Of a DNA stretch of 64,000 nucleotides, positions 13,222 to 24,520 are shown in pieces. The DNA is from Felis catus (Eukaryota): the NCBI RefSeq assembly GCF_018350175.1, contig NC_058368.1, positions 147,500,001 through 147,564,000 on the forward strand. The letters are read 5' to 3'. The stretch's first letter is position 1. Each line of letters begins with the position of its first letter. The notes under the pieces are model-generated. The model was not told the DNA's origin. It saw only the letters and a program-made list of their open reading frames with translations, and searched no databases. A program made the position numbers and the translations under genes.

Positions 13222-14759
13222 AATAATCAGGAGATTTTAATTTAGGTCAATAACTTATTTTCTCAAAAATGGGCACTATTTCCCATTAACCAAAATAATT
13301 CCTACATAGGTGAGGTACTTACGAAGTAACACACTAATGGAAAATATGGACTTAGGTGGGTTCAGGTTTTTAAGACTCATATCCCTAGCAACAAGAAATT
13401 CTCAATATAAATACAAAGTAAAGGTTTTTTAAAATCATACATAATATAAACAGAAGTATTATCTTGCTTGATTTGCATTTATCAGCATTTTAATAAAAGA
13501 CTATATTAACTTCAGTGTTTTATCATTTCATTACTGTTAAATTCCTCGAGAGTTTTGTTTCTTATAAAATGTGGTCAATGGAACTCTAATGTATGAAAAT
13601 GAGGTGAGGACAACAGATTATACAATTTTTAACATAACCACAAATAACTGTAATAAGGGGTTTATAAAGAAAGCTAAGATAATGTCAACTTCAAACTGTG
13701 TCAACACAAGGATAAATTAACCTCCTTGGCCTCAGTTTCATTGCTTCCCAAGACATGTCTTCTCATGTCTATTTATACGCTAAATATCCCATGCATGTAA
13801 TGCTGTTATTATTACCATATCACTATTTCATCATCATTATTATTTTTGATTAAAAGTTATAAGAATTAAAAAGCCGCAGCACTTCTTCTAACAGAAGGTA
13901 TAGCTTCATCTTTTTTCCTCTGGCCTAATAGATATCTCACCTTCTAGGAAGAAATCTGGTGACTATGGATGATGATTTTTTTTTATTATGATCTTTTTTT
14001 TTTTCTCAGTAAGTTATGACACAGCAAATAAATAAATAAAGTAAATGGAAAGTATGAGGATATACTCTCCACAATAACACATTTTTACTCTGCACTAGAC
14101 TTTTCATTTATAAATTAAAAAAAATTATTTACATTTTAACCTAATACCTTTATAAATATGATTGAATTTATAAATTCATTGCAAAGAATTGAAAGCTGAA
14201 TAAAATGTGATTTATTTCAGATTAAGAATATAGCTGGTAAACCTTGAATAATATGAGATAATCAAGACGGATGGATGGATGCTGACTGAGAATATGCTTT
14301 TTTATTTATTTCATCATCTGTTAAGGGGTTTTCCAAAAATATTTTCATCAAATTAAACGCTTAATGTTTTTCATTAACACTAAAACTAAGTAAATGATAT
14401 TAACCTTCAAAAAAATGCCAAGTTTAATTCAAGAATAAAATGTCTTTCCATATCTAGTAATTTGAGCTCTTAACCCCTTACACCAGTGTACAATCAGTAC
14501 CACTATTTATTTTTCCCCTATCAGCACTTCAGGGTGCTCTAAAGAACTGTTGTTTCAAGGTATTTCAGTAAAAGAAACCTTCAGGCATCTGTGCTTTAAA
14601 TATTTATCTTGGCAAATTTCATTTTGACACATTTATATCTTCATAACATAACTATTCAACTTTAATTTTCCACGGTGGTACCAGGAAATATATATATTTA
14701 TCCTGCTATAAAATGGTATATGTTGATATGTTCTTATACGTTAAAATTTGCCATGCTAT

Positions 14760-14998
14760 GGGGCGCCTGGGTGGTGCAGTCGGTTAAGCTTCCGACTTCA
14801 GCCAGGTCACGATCTCGCGGTCCGGGAGTTCGAGCCCCGCGTCAGGGTCTGGGCTGATGGCTCGGAGCCTGGAGCCTGTTTCCGATTCTGTGTCTCCCTC
14901 TCTCTCTGCCCCTCCCCCGTTCATGCTCTGTCTCTCTCTGTCCCAAAAATAAATAAACGTTGAAAAAAAAAAACTAAAAAACTAAATAAATAAATAAA
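14760..14998 (+). mobile_element. Young felid CanSINE (SINEC_Fc-type)
   Basis: CpG-rich head 'ggggcgcctgggtggtgcagtcggttaagc...gccaggtcacgatctcgcgg', tail 'aataaacgttgaaaaa...'; no TSD visible. Confidence 0.97.
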
Positions 14999-15019
14999 GG
15001 CCTGGCTAGTTACCAACCC

Positions 15020-15132
15020 CAAGACTGGTAATTCAGTTCTCAAGACTTGGATTCTTCATTCATAAAATGATACAAATAATAGTTTAGCTCATGAAGTAGC
15101 TGTGAGGGTTAAATGAAACAATGCTTGTGTAG
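15020..15132 (+). mobile_element. MIR fragment, interrupted by a SINE
   Basis: 'ttcttcattcataaaatga...gctgtgagggttaaatgaaacaatgcttgt' resembles the MIR core. Confidence 0.6.
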
Positions 15133-15337
15133 TTCTTTTTTAATGTTTATTTATTTTTGAGAGAGAGAGAGAGAGAGCGAGCGAGCAGGGGAGGGGCCAA
15201 GAGAGAAGGAGACAGAGGATCCAAAGCAGACTCTGCGCTATAGCAGAAAGCCTGATGCAGGGCTTGAACTCACCAACCATGAGATCATGGCCTGAACCTA
15301 AGTCAAATGCTTAACCAGTTGAGCCACCCAGGTACCC
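15133..15337 (-). mobile_element. CanSINE (SINEC)
   Basis: Reverse-complement SINE ending 'gagccacccaggtaccc'; degenerate TSD 'atgcttgtgtagt'/'atacttgtgcagt'. Confidence 0.95.
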
Positions 15338-17814
15338 TGATACTTGTGCAGTCTTAAACATAACTTTTAACATTCAGAAGGTAATGGAAAGAATTACAAG
15401 GGAAGTAAGTATGGAGCTCTGGTGAAGCACACCCCTGTTCTCCTTCTGGGTATCATTAATGGTGCAGAAGATGAATTTCGAATACTTTCTCCACCTCATT
15501 CCCATCTTAAATGGAGGTTTTATCAATAATCCAGAAAACAGGGGTTCAGATAAATGATAAGCATTTCCCTTAGTATGTGCTAGATTCTTTCTACTCTCTC
15601 AGTGAAACATAAAATCAGGAGGGGCCCATGCATTAGAGGAGCTTTAGGGTTACAGTACAATTAGGAGCTAACATTCAAAATGACTCTTATCTCACACATA
15701 AATGCTGATAATGGTGGGTAGTATATTAACGGTATCCCTAGTAAGTACTAAGTGGGGCAGGGGGTGATGTTTGCTATTGAGTAGACTTCATGGAGTATCA
15801 GAAAGTTCATGATTGCTGCTGCCATTTTCCAATCTTAGGAGGTACCTCAAGTATCATGACAGAAAGAAAAGAACACTAGTTTTGGATAGGTGATTGGATA
15901 GAACAGTCCCTGTTCCTTGTCACTTGAAAAGAATCTTCTTTATTATCTTGTTTTTTTAAGATTAACAGTGAGAATAATTTCCAGAGTTCACAGGCCCACA
16001 TATTAAAGAACAGGATAGGATCTATGTGCCAACCTGAATACTACACTAGGCAAATACAAAATAGTGTACCTAGCATAATGGATGATGTTGTAAGGCAGCA
16101 AATCAGGCTGTGGTCTGCTGGGAAATACTGGACATAGCTTGACTCTCTCACGCATCCATGGTCTACAGGTCAGTAAGGAGGCTCTTCTTCTGGGGTAAGA
16201 GAAGCAACTGAATCATGTGCTTCTTATTTTCCAAAAAGGCTAATATGGACTTAATCACACACTTTTCAAAAGCAATATGTACTATTGCCATCCTGGGATC
16301 CTCAGAAATCTCATCCAAGTATGACACTGGGCTCAAAACCCTGGGATATGTGATCTATATTGATTTTTAGATGCTGCTATTTGGATGTGCCTTCCTTTGC
16401 TCCAGAGAAATAAGTGACAGACAGAAACAGAAAAACAACATAAGCACTCCCATCTGAGGGGGGAGACAGTTGAATATTGCAGTCACTGGTCTACAACAAT
16501 TCAGAAATCCAATGACACAGATATTACCAGGCTACCTATTCTAGGAATAGGGAATTTGTTTTTGTTTTTTTTTTTTTTTTAACCAGATCCTTGTTCTGCT
16601 CCCTGGGAATCCCTCGTTCAGTCCATTGTTTTCCATGGCTTTCAGCTCCAACCTTGATTTTTCCTCCTTTCAACTCTCCTTGGCCACTGCTGAAGACATT
16701 ATTGGAAACATCTCTGAAGACTTTTCCCAGTCTAGTTCTTGCTCTAAGAAAAATAGGGGTCCAATAGGCCTTTCCCCTTTTTAACCACCTCAGCCCCCTT
16801 TCATCTACGCAGGCAATGATTTTGTTTGTATAATTTTTTTAAACAATTTGTGGTTTCCAATTAATTTTGTGGTATGAATTTTCTCCACCAAAAACATATA
16901 ACCACAATTCTACTTTGGTTTGGCATGTCAGGATGCTATGGAAGACACTTGAGATTCTTAGAAACACTTTTTTTCCCCCTAGTTGAGAGGATCTAATATA
17001 CACTATCTGAATTCTTTCAAATGTCTTAAGAAGGAGTCTCACTCATAACTATACTATTGCCTGGACATGGACCCAGATCTTGTTTTTTTGAGAATATTTT
17101 GTCATTTTGATAAACTAGGATAAAAAAGTTTTATTTTCCAACCCAGCTACAAGCAGGTTAGACAGCACTATTTCTGAGGTTGGGCTAGTGACTGGGGCAA
17201 TAGGGGGCAACCAGGAACGAGTATCACACGCTCTAATAGGTCAACTCTGGTCCTGTTCACAGGACAATGCCACAGTTCTAAAAGGGAATGGAGAAGAGCA
17301 AGGCTTCAGAAGTGTTGCACGGTCATTTCCACCACCTTCTAATGACCAGCTCAGGTTCCAGGGGGAAATGGAATCTGTCTCTTTATTGAAAGAGTGAAGA
17401 AGGGTGGACATTTTTGCAATCTGGCATAAAAATTATAACATGAACTGTTGGTTAGACATCATGTAGCATTAGGTAACCTGAAATTGATTGTTACCATTTT
17501 GTGTTCTTTGTGAGCATCCCATATACCATGAAAGTTAGAAATAGACAGTGGTTGGACAAAGGAAGTCTCTGTTGCTACCATCTGTTGAGATTTCTCTCTA
17601 TTATCTCATTTAATCTAAAAACCAGACTATTTCCTTGTGTCCAGGAACACAGGGAAGAGCCTAGATACAGTCCGGGGCATTAGAAAATGGCAAATGCAAA
17701 ATATCAGGCACAGCATAATAGTTAAAAAGAGACTCTTACAATTGATACTAATCATTGCTGGTGTCCAAGAGAAGTTTTCAGAGAGGAAACATAAACAGAT
17801 CTCAAACCAAGATT

Positions 17815-18250
17815 ATAATCAGAATGGCTTCAGGTTTTACAATTGTCAAAGTGGAAACTAGAAGATAGTGGAGCAATGTGTTTGAAATTCTGAAGGGAAA
17901 TATCCACAACCTAGCAATCTATACTTATAAAACTTCCAATCAAATAAGAGGATTGAAATTCTTTAAAGTAAGAACTTTAAGGATTTGCTTCTCACGTGCA
18001 CTGTTAGGAAATTACACAAGGATATGATTCACCAAAGAAGGGAGAAAGAAAAGGATAGGGAGAAGAACAGAAAAAAAAAAAAAAAAGAGGGAGGGAAGGC
18101 AGAAAGAAGGTGGATACTGTACACTGGAAAAGAAGATCCCATACTGAGAAGAGGGGAAGGAAATCCCTTGAGGATGGAGAACGCGCAGCCCAAGATCCCT
18201 GCTGCTGACAGATGTGTAAAGGTAAATTAGCAGTTTGGAGCAGGTTAAAT
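17815..18250 (+). mobile_element. HAL1 / old L1 ORF1 C-terminal relic
   Basis: Translation from 17818 IRMASGFTIVKVETRR*WSNVFEILKGN resembles the L1 ORF1p CTD motif IRLTADFS..TLQARR.W..IF..LKE. Confidence 0.7.
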
Positions 18251-18830
18251 AATTGGCAGACAAAGAAAGGGAACTCATTATCCACCAACCTAATGAAAGT
18301 CAGTGGGATTATCATTCTTATGGGTGATGATGTATATGCTAAAATGAACCGCAAGATAGTGAAGGGTTGGTTGTGTTCCTAACCTGATGGCTATCCTAAC
18401 TCTTACACTAGTGTCTTCCTGCTAATCAGTATCTATGTAAGAGACTTCTGTTGCCTGTAGGCTACAACGCTGAAGAGAAGACAAATTTGCCAAATAAAAG
18501 GAATTACTTTATATTTTTATATATGCTGGTATATTCATAGATTTATCCCTATAAGGATACTGACAAAGCAGAGAAAACTGCTTGCTTCTGGATAGGAAGA
18601 TTACATGGTTGGATATTAGACACTTCATTATCACTATTTACTCATCTCTTTCTTTCTGTATGTTGAGATGGAACGGTCTTCAAGGAATGCTTTTAAAAGA
18701 TAAGAGTAATGTGCACAACGTTATGTATGGCAGCAAACCACCGTTTTGGTAAGAAAAATATACATTCACATACACGCATACATGTCTATGCACATAAACA
18801 TGTATGCACATATATGCAAACACATTTATA

Positions 18831-19021
18831 TTTTTTAGAAATGTCTACTTACTTTTGAGAGAAAGACAGAGGCAGAGACTGAGTGGGGAAGGGACAGAGA
18901 GAGGAGACACAGAATACGAAGCAGGCTCCAAGCTGTCAGCACAAAGCCTAACTCAGAAACCATGAGATCATGACCTGAGCCAAAGTCAGACGCCCAACTG
19001 ACTGAGCCACCCAGGTGCCCC
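18831..19021 (-). mobile_element. CanSINE (SINEC)
   Basis: Ends 'gagccacccaggtgcccc'; degenerate TSD 'aacacatttatattt'/'aacacgtttgtattt'. Confidence 0.95.
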
Positions 19022-22000
19022 AACACGTTTGTATTTCTTATTCCTACAACACTCTCAGAATATTTTTTTAAACTGGTAAAATTGGTAACGTCTGAGAGAA
19101 AAAAATGGATGCACATCAATTGTAGATGGAAGAGGCCTACTTTTCAACTTAAACCTTTTCATACCTTTTGCTTTTGCAACATGTGTCTACATTATTAACT
19201 CAACTATAAGATATAAAAATATATTACTTTGATTAAAATGATAAAATTATACAAAAATGTGCCTGCCATAGAAACTGGAGGTTGTCCCCTGAGTCGTTTT
19301 TCTACTCTACAGTCTGTCTGGCCGCTTCACCTCAGTCCAATGATACAGCCACTCTATGGGTCTGTTTTATCATCTGAGGTTCAGTAATATTTTACCTAAA
19401 ACATTTGTAATTCAGGTTTATTGTTATTTCTATCAAGAGATGACAACTTCACCTAATTTTCTGTCCTGTAACACAACTTTTTGTTTTGTTTTACTATTAA
19501 GTAACCCACACAGTGCCTAGAACAGTGACTGACAGTGACTGGATACAAGACAGAGGTTTATAGAGTGAATGACTGAACAGATAATGCCCCAATTATTATT
19601 GGAACAATTTACCAGGAGTCTGACATTTTAGGCACCATTTAGTTGCACTTAAGGTGTTAATATGCAACTATGCTCTCCCTGGAAGTGTAGCAACTACCCA
19701 AGGGTTCACCCTGTTTGAACAGTCTGGAAAGCAAGGCTCTCATTCAGAAAGAACCTGTTATTTGTATGTCTTGTCTCCTCTCCCTCAGTGGCTGCAGCAA
19801 TACATATATACTCTCAAACTCAGTTGTGATTTAGGTGCCAGACATCAGTAGTCCAATTAGCACTCGTATCCCGACAGAATGAGGGACGAGTCACCTCATA
19901 TTGTTAGAATTTACAAACTGAAATTCTCAGATTCTGTAGAGAAAGCCTACACCAAGTTGTCAAAAGAAAATCTGACTTGCTTGTTAAAAATGGAAATCTG
20001 GTTTTTTTAATATTGTAAATAGATGTTTGTGTCTGATTAGATATGAAAAAAATACCTGTGCCAGAATTTGATGGTGTGGAGGCTTGAGTAACATTAAAAA
20101 AAAACAAAACTATTTTTAACCGATTAATGAATAAAAAAGTACATTGCAAGAAATACATCAAAAAAACCTAATTAAATGTTCATCTGCGTTGTGACTACTT
20201 TTCTGTGGGTGACTTTTGCGATAATTAAGTTTTCATTTTTTAGGACACATAACTTTACAAAAAAATTCAGAAAGCTACATTCAAAAGTTCTGGTTGAAGG
20301 GGGAGACAACCTAAAATTGAACAGTATGGTTGAAAAAATTGTGTATATGTGACCTTAAACCATCTTAGATTTTGATATATTTTAGTAGAGATGAAATCCA
20401 TATTGTAAAATTTTCCAACCCAACATTAAAATAAAAGAAGTAAAATGTATATGCACATTCATTCATTTATAACAGCTAGTCACAGTTGAGAACAGGCACT
20501 GTTTCAGTGTTTGGGTTTTAAAATGTGGATTATACATTAAATTTTTTTTTTGAGTCCTCGTAGCTTCATGTATATGTATCTAAATAAATATAAGCAGCCA
20601 CTTAACTTTTTTTTTTAATCATGCAAATCTAAACTGCATATCCAAGACAGTTCAAGCAAACATAAGATTCACTCACGGGAGAGTAACAAATGAGTGCATT
20701 ATTTCTAACTAGATTGATAAAATTTAAATCAATTCTCTAATCCATCTATTTTCCAGCATATAATTCATAAAATTCTTCATACCACACATATTTCTTGAGT
20801 GTGTCCTGTACACTAAGAAGTATTCTAGGTATTAGAGATACAGTAATGAACAAAACAAGTTCCAAGTAACCATGTTCACATTATCTAGTCTGCTATGGAA
20901 CTGCAAAGCACACAGTCAATAAAGGAATTCAATTAAAAGCGTAGAGCTTCTGTTGGGTCAGCTCACACATTGCCAAGCACATAAGGGGAGGATGGAGGGA
21001 TGGTCAATGTGCTTGGTTTAACACCACTGCTGTTAAACCAAAATTCTTCTCACTTCACACCCTTGCCACATCACACATTCCCCAACTTTCTAAATAGCTG
21101 ACTCCTTTGAATCACTAGATCTAAAGTGGTGCTGTTCATAGCCTACCTTGCCACATCCAAGTCCCTTTTTAATTGCAAGCTCTCTTTTATTTCCTTCCTA
21201 GAACATTTCACAACCTACAGGTATCTCGTTTATCTTGAATTCCTGGATACTCTCCATCACCCTCCAATCTACAACCTCCACACCAGAAGTAAGGTCCTTA
21301 TGCATCTTGTTCCCTATTGCCAAGCAAAGTCTATGACATATAAAAGAATCTCAGTAAATAATGAATGCAGCAATCTATGAAACATTTAGGAGATACACAG
21401 AATAGATAGTAAAGAGTCCTGTATGTAGTGAGCACATAACTCAGCTGACCTAAAGGAAAGAGAGGAGTGAGGCTAATGCTAATGTATGGGAAACGGAGAT
21501 TCTAACCTCTTGCTCTTAACAACAAAAATATTTTGAACCCAGAACACTGCTTCTGCATTCAGGCCTAACCTGATTATATATTCTGTACTCAATTTCTGTG
21601 ACACTGCCTCCTTTCATGCTCAGTATATATCTCTATAATAATCTTCTCTTTAGCTAACCTGGATGAGTCTCTCTCTGTGTCAAATAGTATAACCAATCTA
21701 CCGGAAAACCTTATTTGATTTATGAGTTGTTCCCTTAGAGACTTGTGTCACAATATCTGTGATATAGGATAACATTTTTAAATCCTCTCCTCAGAGAGCT
21801 GACATATTTTTCTTAACAGTATTAAACCAGGAAGAAATGAAATTATTCTAGTTATGAGAAAAGATTTACCCTACTCTAGTAGTTGAAATCAATTCAGATT
21901 ATGTTGATTATCTTGTGTGTGATCTGGAGCCATCAGAATATTTCCTGATGGTAATTTATATCACAATATTAAAACCACAATATCCAAGTTGGGTCCCAGT

Positions 22001-22913
22001 CATCAGCCAGAGGAAGCAGTTTAATGAAATATAAAAAGCTTTTTGGGTACCCTGAGCTCAATTGAGTTATTCTCATTTGACAGCTAGTTCCAGTTATAAG
22101 GCTTACACTCTAAGGAATTCGGAGGTTTATGATTTTTGAGATTACCTACCCTCTCCGTGGCTACCCAGTGGCTGAAGTTTGCTCTGTTTTAGAGATAACA
22201 GGTTCTAATTTTTTTATTTAAGTACTAGAAATAGAATGTTTTATCAAGTGCCCTGCATTCTAATGGAACTTCTTAGTATCAGCTGTATCAAGGGCTAAAT
22301 ATTCCACTCATAAAACACTGAATGTTTTTCCGGATTTATACAAACCCTAGGGAATTTTGTCATGAGTGTATTCCTTATGGATGTTTTGGAGAATTTTTGA
22401 GATCTGTGACTTGCATACAATTTCAGTGACTAATTTTTACAAGAAGTTCATTTAGATAAATAAGGTTCAGTTAGTATTTTCATTTCTAAGACTTATAGAC
22501 CTTTCACAAATAACAGAAAGGAATGGCAGCAACATCGTCTCCCACTGGCAGGAAAGGAAGCAACATCTCCATCATTTCCTGTACAAGTACACCAAACTAC
22601 TTGCATCCGTCTTCTCTGATGTCATTATAGATGCCTCTCACCTATTTCAAGCCACTTTTTTTTCATTTTGGTCCTAGATCCAATCTACTCCTGCCTTCTT
22701 AAAAACATTGCTTTTGCAATAATATTCCCCACTATAAATTTTTCCTCTCAGAAACTCTATCCTTAGAGAATAACTTATATTTTATCTTAACAGAATTAAA
22801 GCAGTAAGACTTGCAATTTTACTAGAGATGTAAACAGATTATCCTACAAGTATCAACATATAAGTCATGAGCAGTACCTTCTATTCTAAAAGCAATCAAA
22901 AACTCTCTTGGCC

Positions 22914-23110
22914 CAGTGGCGACACATAGTACATGCTTGCAAATGTTGAACAACCAGTTTTCCAGAGGATTGGTGGGGAAGAAGGTAGCTTGTAGCATTT
23001 TCCAAAGTCTATGGTATAATACTCTCACCCGGACTGATTTCAAGTCATTAGTGTAATGTCATTGAGTACAGAGTTGCAAACAAATGCTCAGTACTAACTA
23101 ATATAAGTCG
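22914..23110. mobile_element. MER63-like hAT DNA transposon relic
   Basis: 'cagtgg...aaatgttgaacaacc', 'ttgtagcatttt', 'aatactctcacc...gatttcaag' resemble the remembered MER63 consensus. Confidence 0.5.
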
Positions 23111-23169
23111 TCTTTCTGCCATATGGACACAGCTATAAATAAACTGAAGCACATTCATTAGAGAATCAA

Positions 23170-23905
23170 TGGTTATGCCCCTTCCACTCCCAAAATCATA
23201 TACTGAAGTCCTACCTGCCAATCTGATGGTATATTAGAATGTGGGGTCTTTAGGAGATAATTAGGTTTAGATGAGATCATGAGTGTGGTCCCCCATGACA
23301 GGACTGTTGTCCTTATAAGAGGAAGGGAGATCAGAACCTTTCTCTCTTTGCCATGTGGGGACACAATAAGAAGGCAAGCTAGAAAGAGGGCTCTCACCAG
23401 GAACCAAATATGTCAGCGGATTGATTTTGGACTTCTAGCCTCCAGACCTACGTATTATTAGAAAAGATGCTTTGCATAATTTCAATCTTTTAAAATGTAT
23501 TAAGACTTATTTTATGGACTAACATATGGTTTATCCTAGATAATGTTCCATGTACACTTGAGAAACACGTACTCGCTGTTGTCATCTTTTTTCTTTGAGA
23601 TATAATTCACATATAACATTTTATTAGTTATATTAGTTATATTAGTTATAAGGCTTAGAGTGTAAGCCTTATAACTGGAACTAGCTGTGAAACATGATTC
23701 GATAAATTTTATATCACAAAATGATCACTTTAAGTCTAGTCAACATCCACCACCACAAATAGTTATGATATTTTTTATTGTGATATGAATTTTAATACTC
23801 ACTCTTAGCAAGTTTTAAATACGCAATACAGTATTATTAAATGTCTATTGTTTAATCCTCCCAATCTATGGAAATTTGTTATAGCAGCCCAAGCTAATCA
23901 AGATA
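23170..23905 (+). mobile_element. MLT1A-like MaLR solo LTR split by an insertion (LTR parts ~23170-23450 and ~23838-23905)
   Basis: 'ggggtctttaggagataattaggtttagatgag...ttggacttctagcctccaga', resuming with 'aaatgtctattgtttaa...tttgttatagcagcccaagctaa'. Confidence 0.85.
23452..23837 (-). mobile_element. Composite of two L1 fragments (ORF2 endonuclease-region piece + 3' UTR piece)
   Basis: 'aatgttccatgtacacttgagaa' parallels 'aatgttccatgtgcactcaagaa' in the L1 at ~26990; 'aaaatgatcac...aagtctagtcaacatc' parallels the L1 3' UTR at ~6820. Confidence 0.8.
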
Positions 23906-24059
23906 GAATATATAATAGTAAAATCTTGCAAATTATTACAAAGTGATAAAGTTTGAGTTTCTTACCTTTGTTTATTTTTTTTAATTTTCCTTCTTTTTAA
24001 ATAATAGCTTATTGGAGATATCTAATCTATACTTTATCCATAGGTGATCTTACTTTGGT

Positions 24060-24440
24060 TCACAGGTTAAAGATGATCTGTAGATTTATGATTCTCAAAT
24101 CTCTGTCTCTGGCCTTATTTCCAAACTCAAAATCACCCCATAATCCACAATCATTTGCAAAGCTGCTTTCTTAACTTGTATATTTAATAGGCATCTGAAA
24201 CAGTATATACAAAAGAGAACCCATCCTTTCCTATACAAATTTGGCTGTTATAAAAACCCTGTGGCTTCATGTTTTTACAATGTTCTGAGTTACTCAAACT
24301 GAAAATCTGGGCCTCTTCCTTCATTTCCTTTTCCCTCACCTTGCAGATCCAAGTTGAGTAGGTTTTATTTTCAAAACATTTCCTAAATCCATTCACTTCT
24401 CCCTATATTACCACCTTTATCTGATTTCTTCCTCTGGACT
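24060..24440 (+). mobile_element. L2 relic
   Basis: 'gattctcaaatctctgtctctggcc', 'taataggcatctgaaac', 'caaaacatttcctaaatccattcacttctcc'. Confidence 0.6.
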
Positions 24441-24520
24441 TATGCATCTTTCTTTTCTCTCTGCCTCATATCTTGAGCTTCTAAAATCTGCTTTCCAAAT
24501 CCTAAAAAGTACTTTAATTT

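Noticed and set aside
14760..14840. SINE heads as tRNA genes (A/B boxes, GTTCGAGCCCC)
   Set aside because: tRNA-derived SINE head followed by CT tract and A tail; not a tRNA gene
16300..17100. Possible MaLR internal sequence
   Set aside because: Resemblance too weak to support by eye; needs a Dfam scan
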